Assembly (NCBI RefSeq): GCF_001194135.2
Contig: NC_069004.1
Span: 27,853,347 to 27,917,346, forward strand
DNA from: Octopus bimaculoides
Lineage: Eukaryota
Reading direction: 5' to 3'
DNA length: 64,000 nt
Positions 49,858-61,989 of the stretch are shown in pieces. The notes beneath the pieces were generated by a model that had not been told where the DNA came from, ran no database searches, and saw only the letters and a list, made by a program, of their open reading frames with translations. The position numbers were made by a program, and so were the translations under genes. Numbering within the stretch: the first letter of the stretch is position 1; each line of letters starts with the position of its first letter.

Positions 49858-50963
49858 ACACACACACACACACATGACATGCTTCTTTCAATTTTCATAT
49901 ACCAAATTTATTTGTGTTGACCTGGGACTATAGTGGGAACTGAACTCAGAACCATGTGTTTGGAAAGTAAACTTCTTACCACACAGCCATGCTGGCCCTT
50001 GTTGACTTTGGATCAATATATCTTTCACAAAACTCCTTTCTTTTTTCTTTTTCTGTGATTCAAAAGGGTTGTCTGTGAAATAATTGGTTTTCTCAAAATA
50101 TGTCCAGTTGAAATTAATCTTTTTGAATGTAAAATTTTATCAGTTGAAAATGTGTGCACACTCTTACAATTAACTGTTCATTATTTACTCTTTCTGCAAT
50201 ATGAACTCCAAAGTGCAACTCATAAATGTGAGCAATGTTCTGCATTTATCTGTTCTGACAGCTATTGTCTGCAGCTCACGACTAGAGAATAGAACTGTTT
50301 TAATCAAACTTTGAAAAGTTGCATTGTAATTCTTCCTCTGACTGTACAATTCCAAATAAAGTTGTGTGTACCAGCTGATACTCATTCTAATTGGAGTCTC
50401 TTTATCTAAAAACACTTCTACTGTCTGCCCTGTTACATCAAGGATAACAAGACTCTATATCAATAGAAGGTTGAGTTCCTTAGGTGGTATACATATGATC
50501 GTAGAATTCTGGTCACCAACAAACTATACTTTGGTTTTTATTAATCTTTTGCAGATGTAATTTCAATCATTTCACTGGCCTTTGTGCTACCAAAGGATTA
50601 CCACTTAAATTATAGCTAATACAGGAAGTTTACAGTAGAAATTTTTTTGGATATCTTTAAACAGAAACTGTGTGGAAGCCTATCATATATATATATTTAT
50701 ATATGATGTCATTAACCTCATCACCATTGACAAGACCAAACAAGGTCAAAATTGCATGATCTGGTGGTTTTGGTACTGAAGGTAGCAAGTATTCATCTCC
50801 CTACTAGCGATATAAAGTATGCATTTGGCACCAAAAAGCCAGTATAAGATTTTTTCCCATGGTAACTACTGTAGTAAAGTTTGTTCTAACAGAACATTCA
50901 CGTTTAAGTGGGGTTAAATATTGCCTCTTGGTATTAATACTGCCACTGTCACTAATATATATA

Positions 50964-51620
50964 GGGCCTTACCAAGGCAATGACTAGTGACCGAGACCTT
51001 TAGAGATATGCTGTGCTTGGGAAGACCCAACGAGCTAAGTGAGACCATAGCCCATGGCCTATGCCAGTGGGTGTAACTTATGAATATCCCTCATTCTACG
51101 GACAATAAACTTTGCTTGCGAAGACCTATTGAGGGAAGTGAAATCAAAATCGCTGATGTAACCGATGACAGTACTGCCTGATTGGTACGTTAAAAGCACA
51201 TCCGAGCATGATCGTTGCCGGGCCATGGATTGGCTCCTGTGCCAGTGACACATGAAAAGCACCATTCAAGCATGATCATTGCCAGCGTCACCTAACCGGC
51301 ACATGTGCCAGTGGCACGTGAAAAACAACATTCAAGCATGGTCATTGCCAGTGCCGCCAGACTGGCTCCCATGCAGGTAGCATGTAAAAAACACCTTTTG
51401 AGTGTGGACGTTGCCAGAACCACCTGACTGGCCTTTGTGCCGGTGGCACATAAAAGCACCCACTACACTCTCAGAGTGGTTGGCATTAGGAAGGGCATCC
51501 AGCTGTAGAAACTTTGCCAGATCAGATGGAACCTGGTGCAGCCTCTGGCTCACCAGTCCTCAGTCAAACTGTCCAACCCATGCCATCATGGAAAGTGGAC
51601 ATTAAACGATGATGATGATT
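50964..51620 (+). mobile_element. 5'-truncated RTE LINE: RT C-terminus plus 3' UTR with ~64 bp repeats
   Basis: GLTKAMTSDRDL*RYAVLGKTQRAK* matches the reading at 31040-31130; four repeat units at 51190-51460; (GAT)n tail. Confidence 0.88.
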
Positions 51621-52029
51621 TATGTGTATGTGTGTGTTTTTGTGTTGTCTTCACCCCACCACTGTTAGTTTGCTTAGATCTCTGTAACTTTGCGTTTTGG
51701 CAAAAGAGACCTATATAGTAAATACCTGACCTTCAAAAAAATAAATAGATATTGGGATCAGTTTGTTCAACTAAGCCCTTTCAGGTGGTGCCTCAGCATG
51801 GCTGTAGTCCAGTGACTGGAACAAGTATAAGGTAAACGATTAAATTTACAGAACATTGATATTAAGCATTAATAGAAGAAACTGAGGCAGCACCAACAGG
51901 TAACCTTCAAAATATATAAAGCGAGGCATTGTGTAAGTTGTATTTGGTTATTAAGGTGGAGAATGATAATAGGATGAAAGACAGCGTACAAGTTACAAAC
52001 GGAATGAGACAGATGTAGGTTCAGCTGTG

Positions 52030-52172
52030 AGGGAAAGAGCTTTGTTTCCCAACTACATGGTTTCAAGTTTAGTCCATTGTGTGACACCTTAGGTATACGT
52101 CTTCTACTATAGCTCCAGGCCAACCAAAGTCTTATGAGTGGATTTGGTAGATGGAAAATGAAAGAACTCCAT

Positions 52173-52226
<54 letters not shown>

Positions 52227-52500
52227 GATATGTGTGTTTGTATTTCCTTGTTGTTACATTGTGTGATAGTTGTAAATAATTATTAGTCATACATGCAGCA
52301 CCATTCATTTCCAATATTCTGTGAAAGCAATGTTTGGCCACAGGGGGGGAATATTACTTTTCCTGGAAACACATGAGGGTTGATAACAGGAAGAGCATCC
52401 AGCTGTAAAAAGTTCCCTTCAGCAAATTCCATCCAACTTGCGTAAGCATTGGGAAAAAACAGACATTAAAATGATGATAATAATAATGATGAAACAAAGA
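52030..52500 (+). mobile_element. SINE family B'
   Basis: B head, long (TG)n, then GGAAGAGCATCCAGCTGTAAA...GACATTAAAATGATGATAATAAT. Confidence 0.8.
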
Positions 52501-53425
52501 TAATGTTGAGAAATATATAATCCAGATTTGTGCAAATAGACTACATTAAACCTCTCTGCTATCTCTCGAGGGTATAAGGGGTATCGAGTTGCAGCCATTA
52601 TTGTGTACAAGTACTGCTAAGCAGCTCATCAGAACCATTATTTATGTCTATACATGAAAGTGCTCAAGTTTATCTTCTTTATTATACTTATTACAATTGA
52701 GACTGTTTCACTCGTATCATATTTTTATTACACCTACCTGTATATTGTATGTTTATCTCACTTTACACTGATTAATAATGTTCATGGTGTATATACACCA
52801 TAGAGATGGTATATTGTTTTACACACACACACACACACAGAGTTTATTGTACATATACATTCACAATAATTTAATACTCTATTCTGTATTTTTGCCATCT
52901 TTATGCTACATTTCACTACATATCTTCACAGTTAATATTACATCTGTCAGATATGATGGACGGCTATCATTATTATTGAGCCACCCCACCACCTTCTCTG
53001 ACCCATTATAGCAAGGGTCAGCTGTAACTGAATTTTAAGGAGATTGGAAAAGAAAACACATCTACAGAAATGTGTGTGTGTGTGTGTGTATGTGTGCATG
53101 CATCTACATATGTGTACATCAGTCCATGCTTCGTAACAAAGACGAGGTAAGAAACTGTAATGTTAGTATTGGTTGTTTTGGCTCATATCACATGAAGAGC
53201 ATGGTTGTTAGATACATCTAGAAACACACCCCATGTCACCATGATCTGAAGTAAAGTATATTAGTCCACTTCAACCAAGTTTAAGGACAGAGAAAGGAAC
53301 TCGTTAGGCAATCACAGTGAAGGAAAAATGGAATACGTCAATGTAAACAGCAGAGATCGCATTCAGTTTTATAAATACTCAGAGAAAAGCTATTAGCAAA
53401 TTTGTGTCTGTATGATACAAGCACA

Positions 53426-53464
<39 letters not shown>

Positions 53465-55098
53465 TGTGCAGGTGTCACAACAACAACATTGCATAGTTGA
53501 TTTGTACCACTTAAGTAAAACTGTTTGGATTTTAATAAAGGCAGGATAGCTAATAGGTCATCATCGTCATCCCCATCATTATCATTTGACGTCTGTTTTC
53601 CAAGTTGGTCTGGGTTGGATGGTTTGACAGGATCTGACATGTCACTGGGCTGTGTCAAGTTCTAGTGTTCGCTATAGTATGGTTTCTATGGCTGGATACC
53701 CTTCCTAACACTGACCAATTTTACAGTGTTGAGATGCTAAAGTACAATAGAGAAACAAGCATTACATAAGGGTGGGTGGGATAGCTGAGAAGTAGTGATC
53801 GGGTGCCAAAGCAAACCCTCAAGATACAAAATGAGCTTAAAAGAGGATACAGACTATGGACCAGGCAGAGGGTAGTTTCCTAAGAGTGTTGAGAGGAGAA
53901 TGATAGATGGTTAGAGATGGGGGTAGAGCTGGATGTAGTGAGTGATGAACAAAAGTAGGGATGCAGTTGATGGGAAGAACCAGTATGGAGAGCGGCTATG
54001 ATGAGACTTTGATATTTGACTGATGCTTAACTTAGTAACTTCAACTGTTGGCTGAGAAGCAGGGTCAGCTGCAGGTGAATTTAAACTCAGAATGTAAAGG
54101 TCAGTTGAAAATGGTCGGTGCACTAGCCTAGCTGAGGTATATTCTGCCCGGAATGGCCCTTCAGTTTGCTGTAGAAAAAAAAAAAAAAAATTTGCTTCAA
54201 CAAATTCCAACTGACCCATGGAAAAGTGGATGAGGAAGAAGATGGAGCAAGCTAAGAAGGAAGCTTCTACATAGACACACAACCTGCCAGAAACATCACC
54301 CAAACTTCCATCAGATCACACTTCACTGTCTTTAAATGTAATGAACACGTTGAATAATGTAGTCATGAATATAAAGAAAGACTGGATGGTCACAACTGGA
54401 ATGTTTTTGGTCATAGGTTTGGCTGTACAATCAGGGCTGTTCTGAGGACTAAATTATCACATCAGCAGCAACTTTAATATTTATTCATTGTATATTATTT
54501 CTTCTTCATCTGTAGTACTGAAGTGTTTTTGTTCATAATATAGATATATATCCTTCAATTGAATTAAAGCTACATCAATTGTAAGTTCTGTTATTTCTCA
54601 GTGGTGTTATAAACATTTACAAGTTAAAGATGGCCTAATGTTTTATGAACTGCAGCATTGAAGACACATTGAAGAAATGAAGATGTGTGTGGACTTTGTA
54701 TTGAGTTTGTTTAAACATATTCCCAACACTGTTTATAAAGCAGCACATATTCATGTTTCTATATCGTGTATATCATTATCTTTGACATCTTTCTTACATC
54801 TTATCAACTCACAAGACATTTCCATCTAACAAGTTTAATTGTGTGTTTGTGTATTTAATAAGAAACAAATATTTTTCAAACATACTCACACCCCTACCCC
54901 ACTGTCTTACCATTCTTCACACGCTCCATACATTCTTTCTACCGCCATCCAGCCCTTCTTTCATGTTCTTATATACCACCACCCCTTCCCGAGCCCACCC
55001 TGACACCTTGTCATCATCATCTTTATTTTTCTTCCCATCTCCACGCTGATCACTCCTCTCTAGTCTTGTATAATGTAAGCAGCCACGTAACTCTTCCA

Positions 55099-55460
55099 CA
55101 TCAAGGTGGACAGATAAAGTGCTTCAAGGATACACTCAAAGCCTCACCGAAGAGCTTCGAGACCAACTCCAACACCTGAGAAATGCAAGCATAAGACAAC
55201 CCTGTCTAGCGAAACTGCACCAACAGAGGTGTCGCCTCCTGCAAACAAAGCAGGATTGCAGGAGCACAAAGAAACTGCAGACTGCACAAATCTAGAATCA
55301 ACACCTTACCTTCAGTCCCATCAAACCACTCATGTCTGATCTGCAACAATGCCTTCCGCGCATGCATCGGATTGATTGGCCATGGCTGGACATACTGTGA
55401 CTTATCTTCTTCCCCCATGTGATGACCTTGGTCATTGTCAGCAACGATGGATGAACTATT
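55099..55460 (+). mobile_element. RTE/BovB-like LINE 3' end with C2H2-like zinc finger
   Basis: HQGGQIKCFKDTLKASPKSFETNSNT*EMQA*DNPV*RNC...SCLICNNAFRACIGLIGHGWTY; the three stops are single transitions from W/Q/W codons; tail GGTCATTGTCAGCAACGATGGATGAAC. Confidence 0.85.
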
Positions 55461-56146
55461 AAAAATAATAAATTAGCCTAAAGCTGCTCTATTCTCTACT
55501 GAAACTCCACTCAGCTGATGGAAATCTTAGTTTTGTGAGCTAAATATCAGCATCACTAGGGTTGATAGTATGAAAAAAGCACCCAGTACACTCTGTAAAG
55601 TGGTTAGTATTAATAAGGACATCTAGCCATAGAAACCAGAAACCATGCCAAAACATAGAATGGAACACTATGCAGTCCTCTGACCTCTTGGATCCTATCA
55701 AACCATCCAAGGATTCTGGATTATTTGTTATATTTACTTTACTTTATATGATTACAATCTTACGTTAACTTTCAAGTCTTTCTCAATTATTTCCCTTTAG
55801 GCTGTAACTATTTTGAAAGGTGAATTTAACTTTAGCTTGTATTAGATAAGAATAAACTATGTATTACTGTTACTAAATTTTCTACAGCCACCTTCACAGT
55901 CCATTACTACCAATAGGATTGATCAGGTACTGGACAAGGATTCTGGATTATTTTTCCAGTATTTTTGCTTAATTTTTGAGAGCAGTCTGGTTCGTTTTTA
56001 GTATTCTCATTTGTGAAAGCAGTCGAGTTTATTTCAGATATTCTCATTCTAAAAATCATCTCTGGCTAATCACTGAGAAGACGTTGGTGTTGCCTTGGCA
56101 GAGGTTTGCACTCTCTGATTGGTCTTGTTATTATTATTATTATTAT

Positions 56147-56660
56147 TAAGATGGTGAGCTGGCAAAATCATTAGCACACCAGATGAAATGCTTAGTAGTA
56201 TTTCACTCATAGCTATGTTCTGAGTTCAAATTACACATAGGCTGATTTTGCCTTTCATCCTTGCAGGGTCGATAAATTAGGTACTGGTTGCATACTGTGT
56301 TGATCTAATTGACTGGCCCCCTCCCCACAAATTTAAGGTCTTGTGCCTCTAGAAGAAAGGATTTTTATTATTATGGTGTCAAGCTGGCAGAATCGTTAGC
56401 ACGCCAGGCAAAATGCTTAGCAGTATTTTGCCCATCACTACGTTCTGAGTTCAAATTCTGCCCATCACTACGTTCTGAGTTCAAATTCTGCCAAGGTCGA
56501 CTTTGCCTTTCATCCTTTAGTTCAGATTCTGCCAAGGTGGACTATGCATTTTATCCTTTCAAGGTTGATAAATTAAGTACCAGTGAAACACTGGGGTCAA
56601 TGTAATCAGCTAGTCCCTCCCTCAAAATTTCAGGCCTTGTGCCTATAATTGAAGCAGTTA
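56147..56660 (+). mobile_element. Two tandem SINE-A-like copies separated by (ATT)n
   Basis: Copies at 56147-56360 and 56380-56660, each with GCTGGCA(A/G)AATC(A/G)TTAGCAC...GAGTTCAAAT...CCCCTCCC. Confidence 0.85.
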
Positions 56661-58594
56661 TTTTTATTACTATTAGTAGTAGTAGCCCTTGCCCTAATTG
56701 CTATAGATTGAAGGACATTTGAGCAAAGGTTCATGCTCTTAAGTGACCAGGGTGGTCTTGGATCTGTGGGGTTTCTTGATTGGCCCTAGTTGCAGGCTCT
56801 CCTGTATCAGGAAGACTGCATCATTGATGTGTTCACATATTTTGTATGCTATGCCTACTTTTTATCTTTTATCTCCGTCTCCTTTTTCTCCCCCTCAGCT
56901 TTTTAAGTAACTACATCACATGCACACACAAATTGTAAACTCTCTTTGTAATGTCTTCCTCAGCAGATGGCCTCTTGGCAAATAAAATTATCATCAGTGT
57001 CAAAAGTCAGTTATACAACATTGCCATCATCATCATCATCATCATTATTGTCAATAGTCATTGCCATCATCATCGTCATCAATAGCCAGTCATTCAACAA
57101 GTTTTATCATCTCTCAGAAATGTTAAATATATATTTAGTTGCTTCTAACATACAAATGCAGTGTAAAAAGAGAGATGAAAGTCTATACATTAAAGCATTG
57201 CACTAACATATTGCAGGGAGCAGAAAACCTCAAATGTAAAAGACCTTTTGCTGTAAGCCTTAATAGATAAACAAGGGAGTGTCAATATAGCTGCTTCAGA
57301 ATGAAAGATAAGTTCAGAGAATAACCGAAGGGAAGGAAAAAGCAAAGAGTGAGAAGTGGAACAGCTAAGATATGAGAATTTACCTAAAAACTTCAAAGAA
57401 TTATGAAGGTGAAGAATTTAAAAGAAATGTTGCACTAAGACATCGTGACCTTCAAGATTGGGTTAATTGTTTTGTCCTGTTTCTTTTTTCGTTTCTTCTT
57501 TTTTTCCCATTAAAGCTTGACTCATTATTATCATGATCATCCTTTTTTCCATGCTGGTATGGGTTGGACAGTATAACAGGAACTAATGAGCCACAGGGCT
57601 GTGCCGACCTTCAATGCCTGCTTTGGCATGGTTTCTATAACCGGATGCCCTTTGTAACACCAAGCACAGAGTGTACTGGATGCTTTTTCTTTTTGTAGCT
57701 CCTGCCCTGGCTGGTTCGCTAAGAATTCATGCGACAAGACTCCTTCAATTGAGTAGCGTATGGTATTGAGAGATGTGAAAGTGTGATAGAAAAACAAGAA
57801 CTAGTCCCTTGCTGGAGGAGGTAAATGCAGGGCTTCCCCATCTGGAAATGAGAGAGAGCTAAATGAATCTCTAGTATATCCTGGATCCAGCAAGCATACT
57901 CAGTGAGTTGACTGTTCAGTAGATACTTGACTGGATGAGATTGTGGTGGTTGAAATGGATTTACCCAGTGTGGCTTTCTGTATGAATCACAAACAAATTA
58001 AGTTGGTGTTCATTATATATATATTATTATGTGAGCACCGACTTAGCCAATCAGTTACAGAATTTAGGGCACAGTACCTTTTATTGGTTCCAGAATATTG
58101 ATGTTAGTAATGAAAATGATGATCTTCAGGCCAATCTCTGATTGACCAAGACCTTTGACCAAAGGCATTTCAACTAAGACCACCTTGTCTGTTTTTGTGT
58201 ATCATTGTCAATGTAATCTACTTTTCCCCTCCCCTCGAAATTGATGGCCTTGTATCAAAATTTGAAAGAATTATTATTATGGGTTTTTCTTGCTTCAATT
58301 TTGTTTCCATTTCTTGCCATGTGTCTTCCTGAGTAGCAAGCTGGCAGAATCATTAACACACTGCGCAAATTGCTAAGTAGTAGTTTGCCCATCTTTACTT
58401 TCTGAGTTCAAATTCCACCAAGGTCTACTTTACCTTTCATCCTTTCAGTAATAAAATAAGTACCAGTTGAGTGAATTTGATACCAGTTGGGTGAATTTAT
58501 TAACTTATTAATTTATTAACTTATCCCCTCCCCCAAATTGCTGGCCTTGTGCCAAAATTTAACAGCATTATTATTATTTCACATATGCTGTCTG

Positions 58595-58935
58595 TTCAAT
58601 ATCTGCAACATAAAATGGCTGGATAAGATATCAAATGTCAAAATTTTAGATTTGATATCTCCAGTATTGAAAGCATGCTGTTGTTTGCATGTAAGATGAT
58701 TGCATTCCAAAAATTCTTTTGTGTGGCCAACAAGTGGAAGGATTCTGCAGTAAAGGAAGACCCATCCGTAAGTATAAGGACCGGTTGAAACAATCACTTA
58801 AATCCCTACAGCTTAATTTAACATCTTGGGAATGTTATTGCCTAGATCGATCTGAGTGGCATACAATTTGTCATTATGCATCTAAACAATTTGAGTTGAA
58901 GAAACAGAACAATAAAAGAAACATATCCTGTAGTC
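58595..58935 (+). mobile_element. Older RTE/BovB-like LINE fragment
   Basis: ICNIKWLDKISNVKIL...PKILLCGQQVEGFCSKGRPIRKYKDRLKQSLKSLQLNLTSWECYCLDRSEWHTIC follows the RTE pattern I.W.DK...PK.LL.G.L..G.R..G...KRYKD.LK..L...W...A.DR..W. Confidence 0.8.
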
Positions 58936-58958
58936 AACAGACACATTTCTTCAATCCC

Positions 58959-59278
58959 GCATGGCTTAGTGGTTAGGGCATTCGGCTCACAATTGTAAGG
59001 TCATGAGTTCGATTCGCGGTGATGCGTTGTGTCCTTGAGCAAGACACTTTATTTCACGTTGCTCCAGTCCACTCAGCTGGCAAAAATGAGTAGTAACTGT
59101 ATTTCAAAGGGCCGGCCTTGTCACACTCTGTGTCACGCTGAGTCTCCCTGAGAACTACGTTAAGGGTACATGTGTCTGTGGATTACTCAGTCACTTGCAC
59201 GTTAATTTCATGAGCAGGCTGTTCTGTTGATCGTATCAGCTGGGACCCTCGTCGTCGTAACCGACGGAGTGCTCCTTG
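58959..59278 (+). mobile_element. Young tRNA/CORE-type SINE, head C plus tail T2
   Basis: A-box TGGCTTAGTGG, B-box GAGTTCGATTC, CORE-like GTGTCCTTGAGCAAGACAC; TSD TTCAATCCC at 58950-58958 / 59279-59287. Confidence 0.92.
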
Positions 59279-60101
59279 TTCAATCCCTGGTAAAATCAAA
59301 ACCATCATTATCCCCATTGTGACTTCGCAGCAAAATCCAAATTACATTTACATACACATCCATTAAAAATAAATGCAGTTTCTTTGTTTGCAATCGTTTT
59401 TTTTTTTTTCTGTTTTTTAAATCCTTTCCTTCAAACACTCATATGTTGAAATCAACGTGAGTGACCAATTTATTATCGTTTAATTTTCCATTCTTGTAGT
59501 GTTAACAATCTTAAAGTTTCTCCATTGAGATTTGTCTGCCAGGCAGGTTTAAACTTCTAACACACACACACATTCTTCTTCTCTCTCTCTCTCTCTCTCT
59601 ACTCAGCTGTCAATTATGTGAAGCATTCCTTTTTCTCCAATACTTTGGTCTTTACTGTTTACTTTTTGTAATCTGGGTAAAGAGGGGGGGGGGGAAAGTC
59701 AGCCATCAGGCGTTAAGTATATTATAAAGACAGTGCTTTCACCTCATTCTTTTGGGTCACTTCTTTAGCAAACCTTGACATACAAAATATAAAAGCAACA
59801 AAAAAAAAAAAAGAAATATTTTTTTTAATATCTGGTGAAGGACATTTATCACAGAAAGAAAAGTAAAAAGAAACCCAATATGTCTACAACTTTTGGTTGA
59901 GAGAAACTAATGACCCATAAGTTGTGATACTTTCGAAGAGAATGGTTTGTAATGTATGTTTGCATATACCTGCATGTGTACATACATTGTTTGTTCATTC
60001 ATTCAGTTTCTTATGTGAAATATTTACAAGAATGTGGGGTTCTTTTTATATATATTTTGAAATTCTTTTTTTATTGGAAATATTTTCATTGAGAATTTCT
60101 A

Positions 60102-60645
60102 CAGGAATGGCTATGCGGTAAGTATCTTGCTTACCAACCACATGGTTCCAGTTTCAGTCCCACTGTGTAGCACCTTGGGCAAGTGTCTTCTGCTATAGCC
60201 TCAGGCCAACCAAAGCCTTGTGAGTGAATTTGGTAGACGGAAATTGAAAGAAGCCTGTCGTATGTGGTAAGTAGCTTGCTTACCAACCACATGGTTCAGG
60301 GTTCATTCCCACTGCATGGCATCTTGGGCAAGTGTCTTCTACTATAGCCTCAGGCCGACCAAAGCCTTGTGAGTGGATTTGGTAGACGGAAACTGAAAGA
60401 AGCCCGTCGTATATATATGTGTGTGTATACATGTTTGTGTGTCTGTGTTTGTACCCCCAACATTGCTTGACAACCGATGGTGGTGTGTTTACGTCCCCGT
60501 AAACTTAGCGGTTCGGTAAAAGAGACTGATAGCATAAGTACTAAGCTTAGAAAGAATAAGTCCTGGGGTCGATTTGTACGACTAAAGGCAGTGCTCCAGC
60601 ATGGCTGCAGTCAAATGACTGAAACAAGTAAAAAGAAAACTAAAG
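60102..60645 (+). mobile_element. SINE family B with a tandemly duplicated 5' half
   Basis: Head plus body appears twice (60102-60261, 60262-60410), followed by a single tail. Confidence 0.9.
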
Positions 60646-60984
60646 AATATACATATAATATATATATGTGTGTGTATGTGTGTGTGTGTTATGACATTGA
60701 TGATATATATGTGGTGTCTGTTGATCATGGTTGTTTGTTCACCTCAGTTTGTCTCTGGTATAGCAAGACCTATAATAAAAGACAGTCCATCTATGACCAT
60801 CAAGTTTTTTGTGGCAGGACAGTGAGTGTTCAAGAATAATGTACCTGTCAGTTCATTATGATGATATAGAGTGTGATTTGAAAGGAAGTTGACTGTTGTT
60901 TCTTGCAGGTCAAGTAACCATCTTGCAACTCCTTCAGTTCACTTTTGTTGAGGTTAAATTCTCTACTTGCCTTGAGCAAGTTAA

Positions 60985-61458
60985 CCCTTTTGTTACCATA
61001 TTTCTTTGGAAATGCACTGCCTTAATTTCAATTAATTTGGAAAATGAGAATTTAGTTAGATAACATGGTCATTAATTAACTGGTGTTAGAAGTATAAATT
61101 AACATGAAATTTTAATGGAAGTTTGTAATTTGGTTAGTTCACATTACTCTGTGAAGAGCATAGAACCAGGTTCCAAGTTTCTCTGGTATATTCCACCCTG
61201 GAAGGGACACCAGTCTGTCACAGGATTACTCATATTTGCCAGCTGAGTGGACCGGAGCAACGTGAAATGAAGTGTTTTGCTCAAGAACACAACACATCAC
61301 CTATTCCAGGAATCGAAACCACAATCTTACAATCATAAATGCAACACCCTAACCATTATCCCATTCACTTCCACAAGTTTTTAATTCAGATCTCTTTAAA
61401 GCAGGAAGCTTGTTTCATAGAATTGAGGGTGGTCTCTGGTAAGTTGGTTTTAAAAGGG
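60985..61458. mobile_element. piggyBac-type MITE with a nested head-C/V-tail SINE (61150-61360, minus)
   Basis: TTAA at 60981-60984 and 61459-61462; ends CCCTTTTGTTACC / GGTTTTAAAAGGG. Confidence 0.8.
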
Positions 61459-61521
61459 TTAAAGTACCAATATATTCACCCTCTGTTTATTATAAGTCCT
61501 GTTTATTGTTGGAATTGTACT

Positions 61522-61863
61522 TGATCTGAGACCATATATCGAAACTGAAGCAATCCTTACATCATGCTATTTGAACCATTTAGAAGCACCATTTATAAAC
61601 ACAGAAACTGTGAAATTCACTGTGCTTTATTTCTTAAGTTATCAAATTTTTTCCTGCTCACAACTACAGCCAAGTTACTGATGTGCAGTTTCACTGCATC
61701 TTATTTGCAGTAGATTTGTAATGGTAACAGGGTCAGAGTTGTACAACAAAAATTTTGACTCTTTAAAAAGTGAATTTAATAGTTTTTGTTTGCTTTTAAA
61801 TAATTCAAGTGACTCTCATATGATGCAACAATTGCTTCAGTTTCAACGCAGGGTCTCAGATCA
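61522..61863. mobile_element. Unclassified element with ~70 bp imperfect terminal inverted repeats
   Basis: Arms at 61522-61588 and 61791-61863 contain perfect complementary blocks TGATCTGAGACC (12 bp) and GAAACTGAAGCAAT (14 bp). Confidence 0.6.
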
Positions 61864-61989
61864 TGTCACTTGAACACATAGTTCCTATCACTTTCAAACT
61901 CATCTGTCCAACACATCTACCGAATATTAACGTCCCTGTGTGAGTCCATGAGACATGGTGATGGTAAATATATCTTAGTGCTGTAATAC

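Noticed and set aside
58959-59040. tRNA-like sequences with A- and B-boxes (also 12955, 19411, 44367, 49441)
   Set aside because: They lack a complete acceptor stem and cloverleaf and continue into SINE bodies, so they are SINE heads, not tRNA genes.
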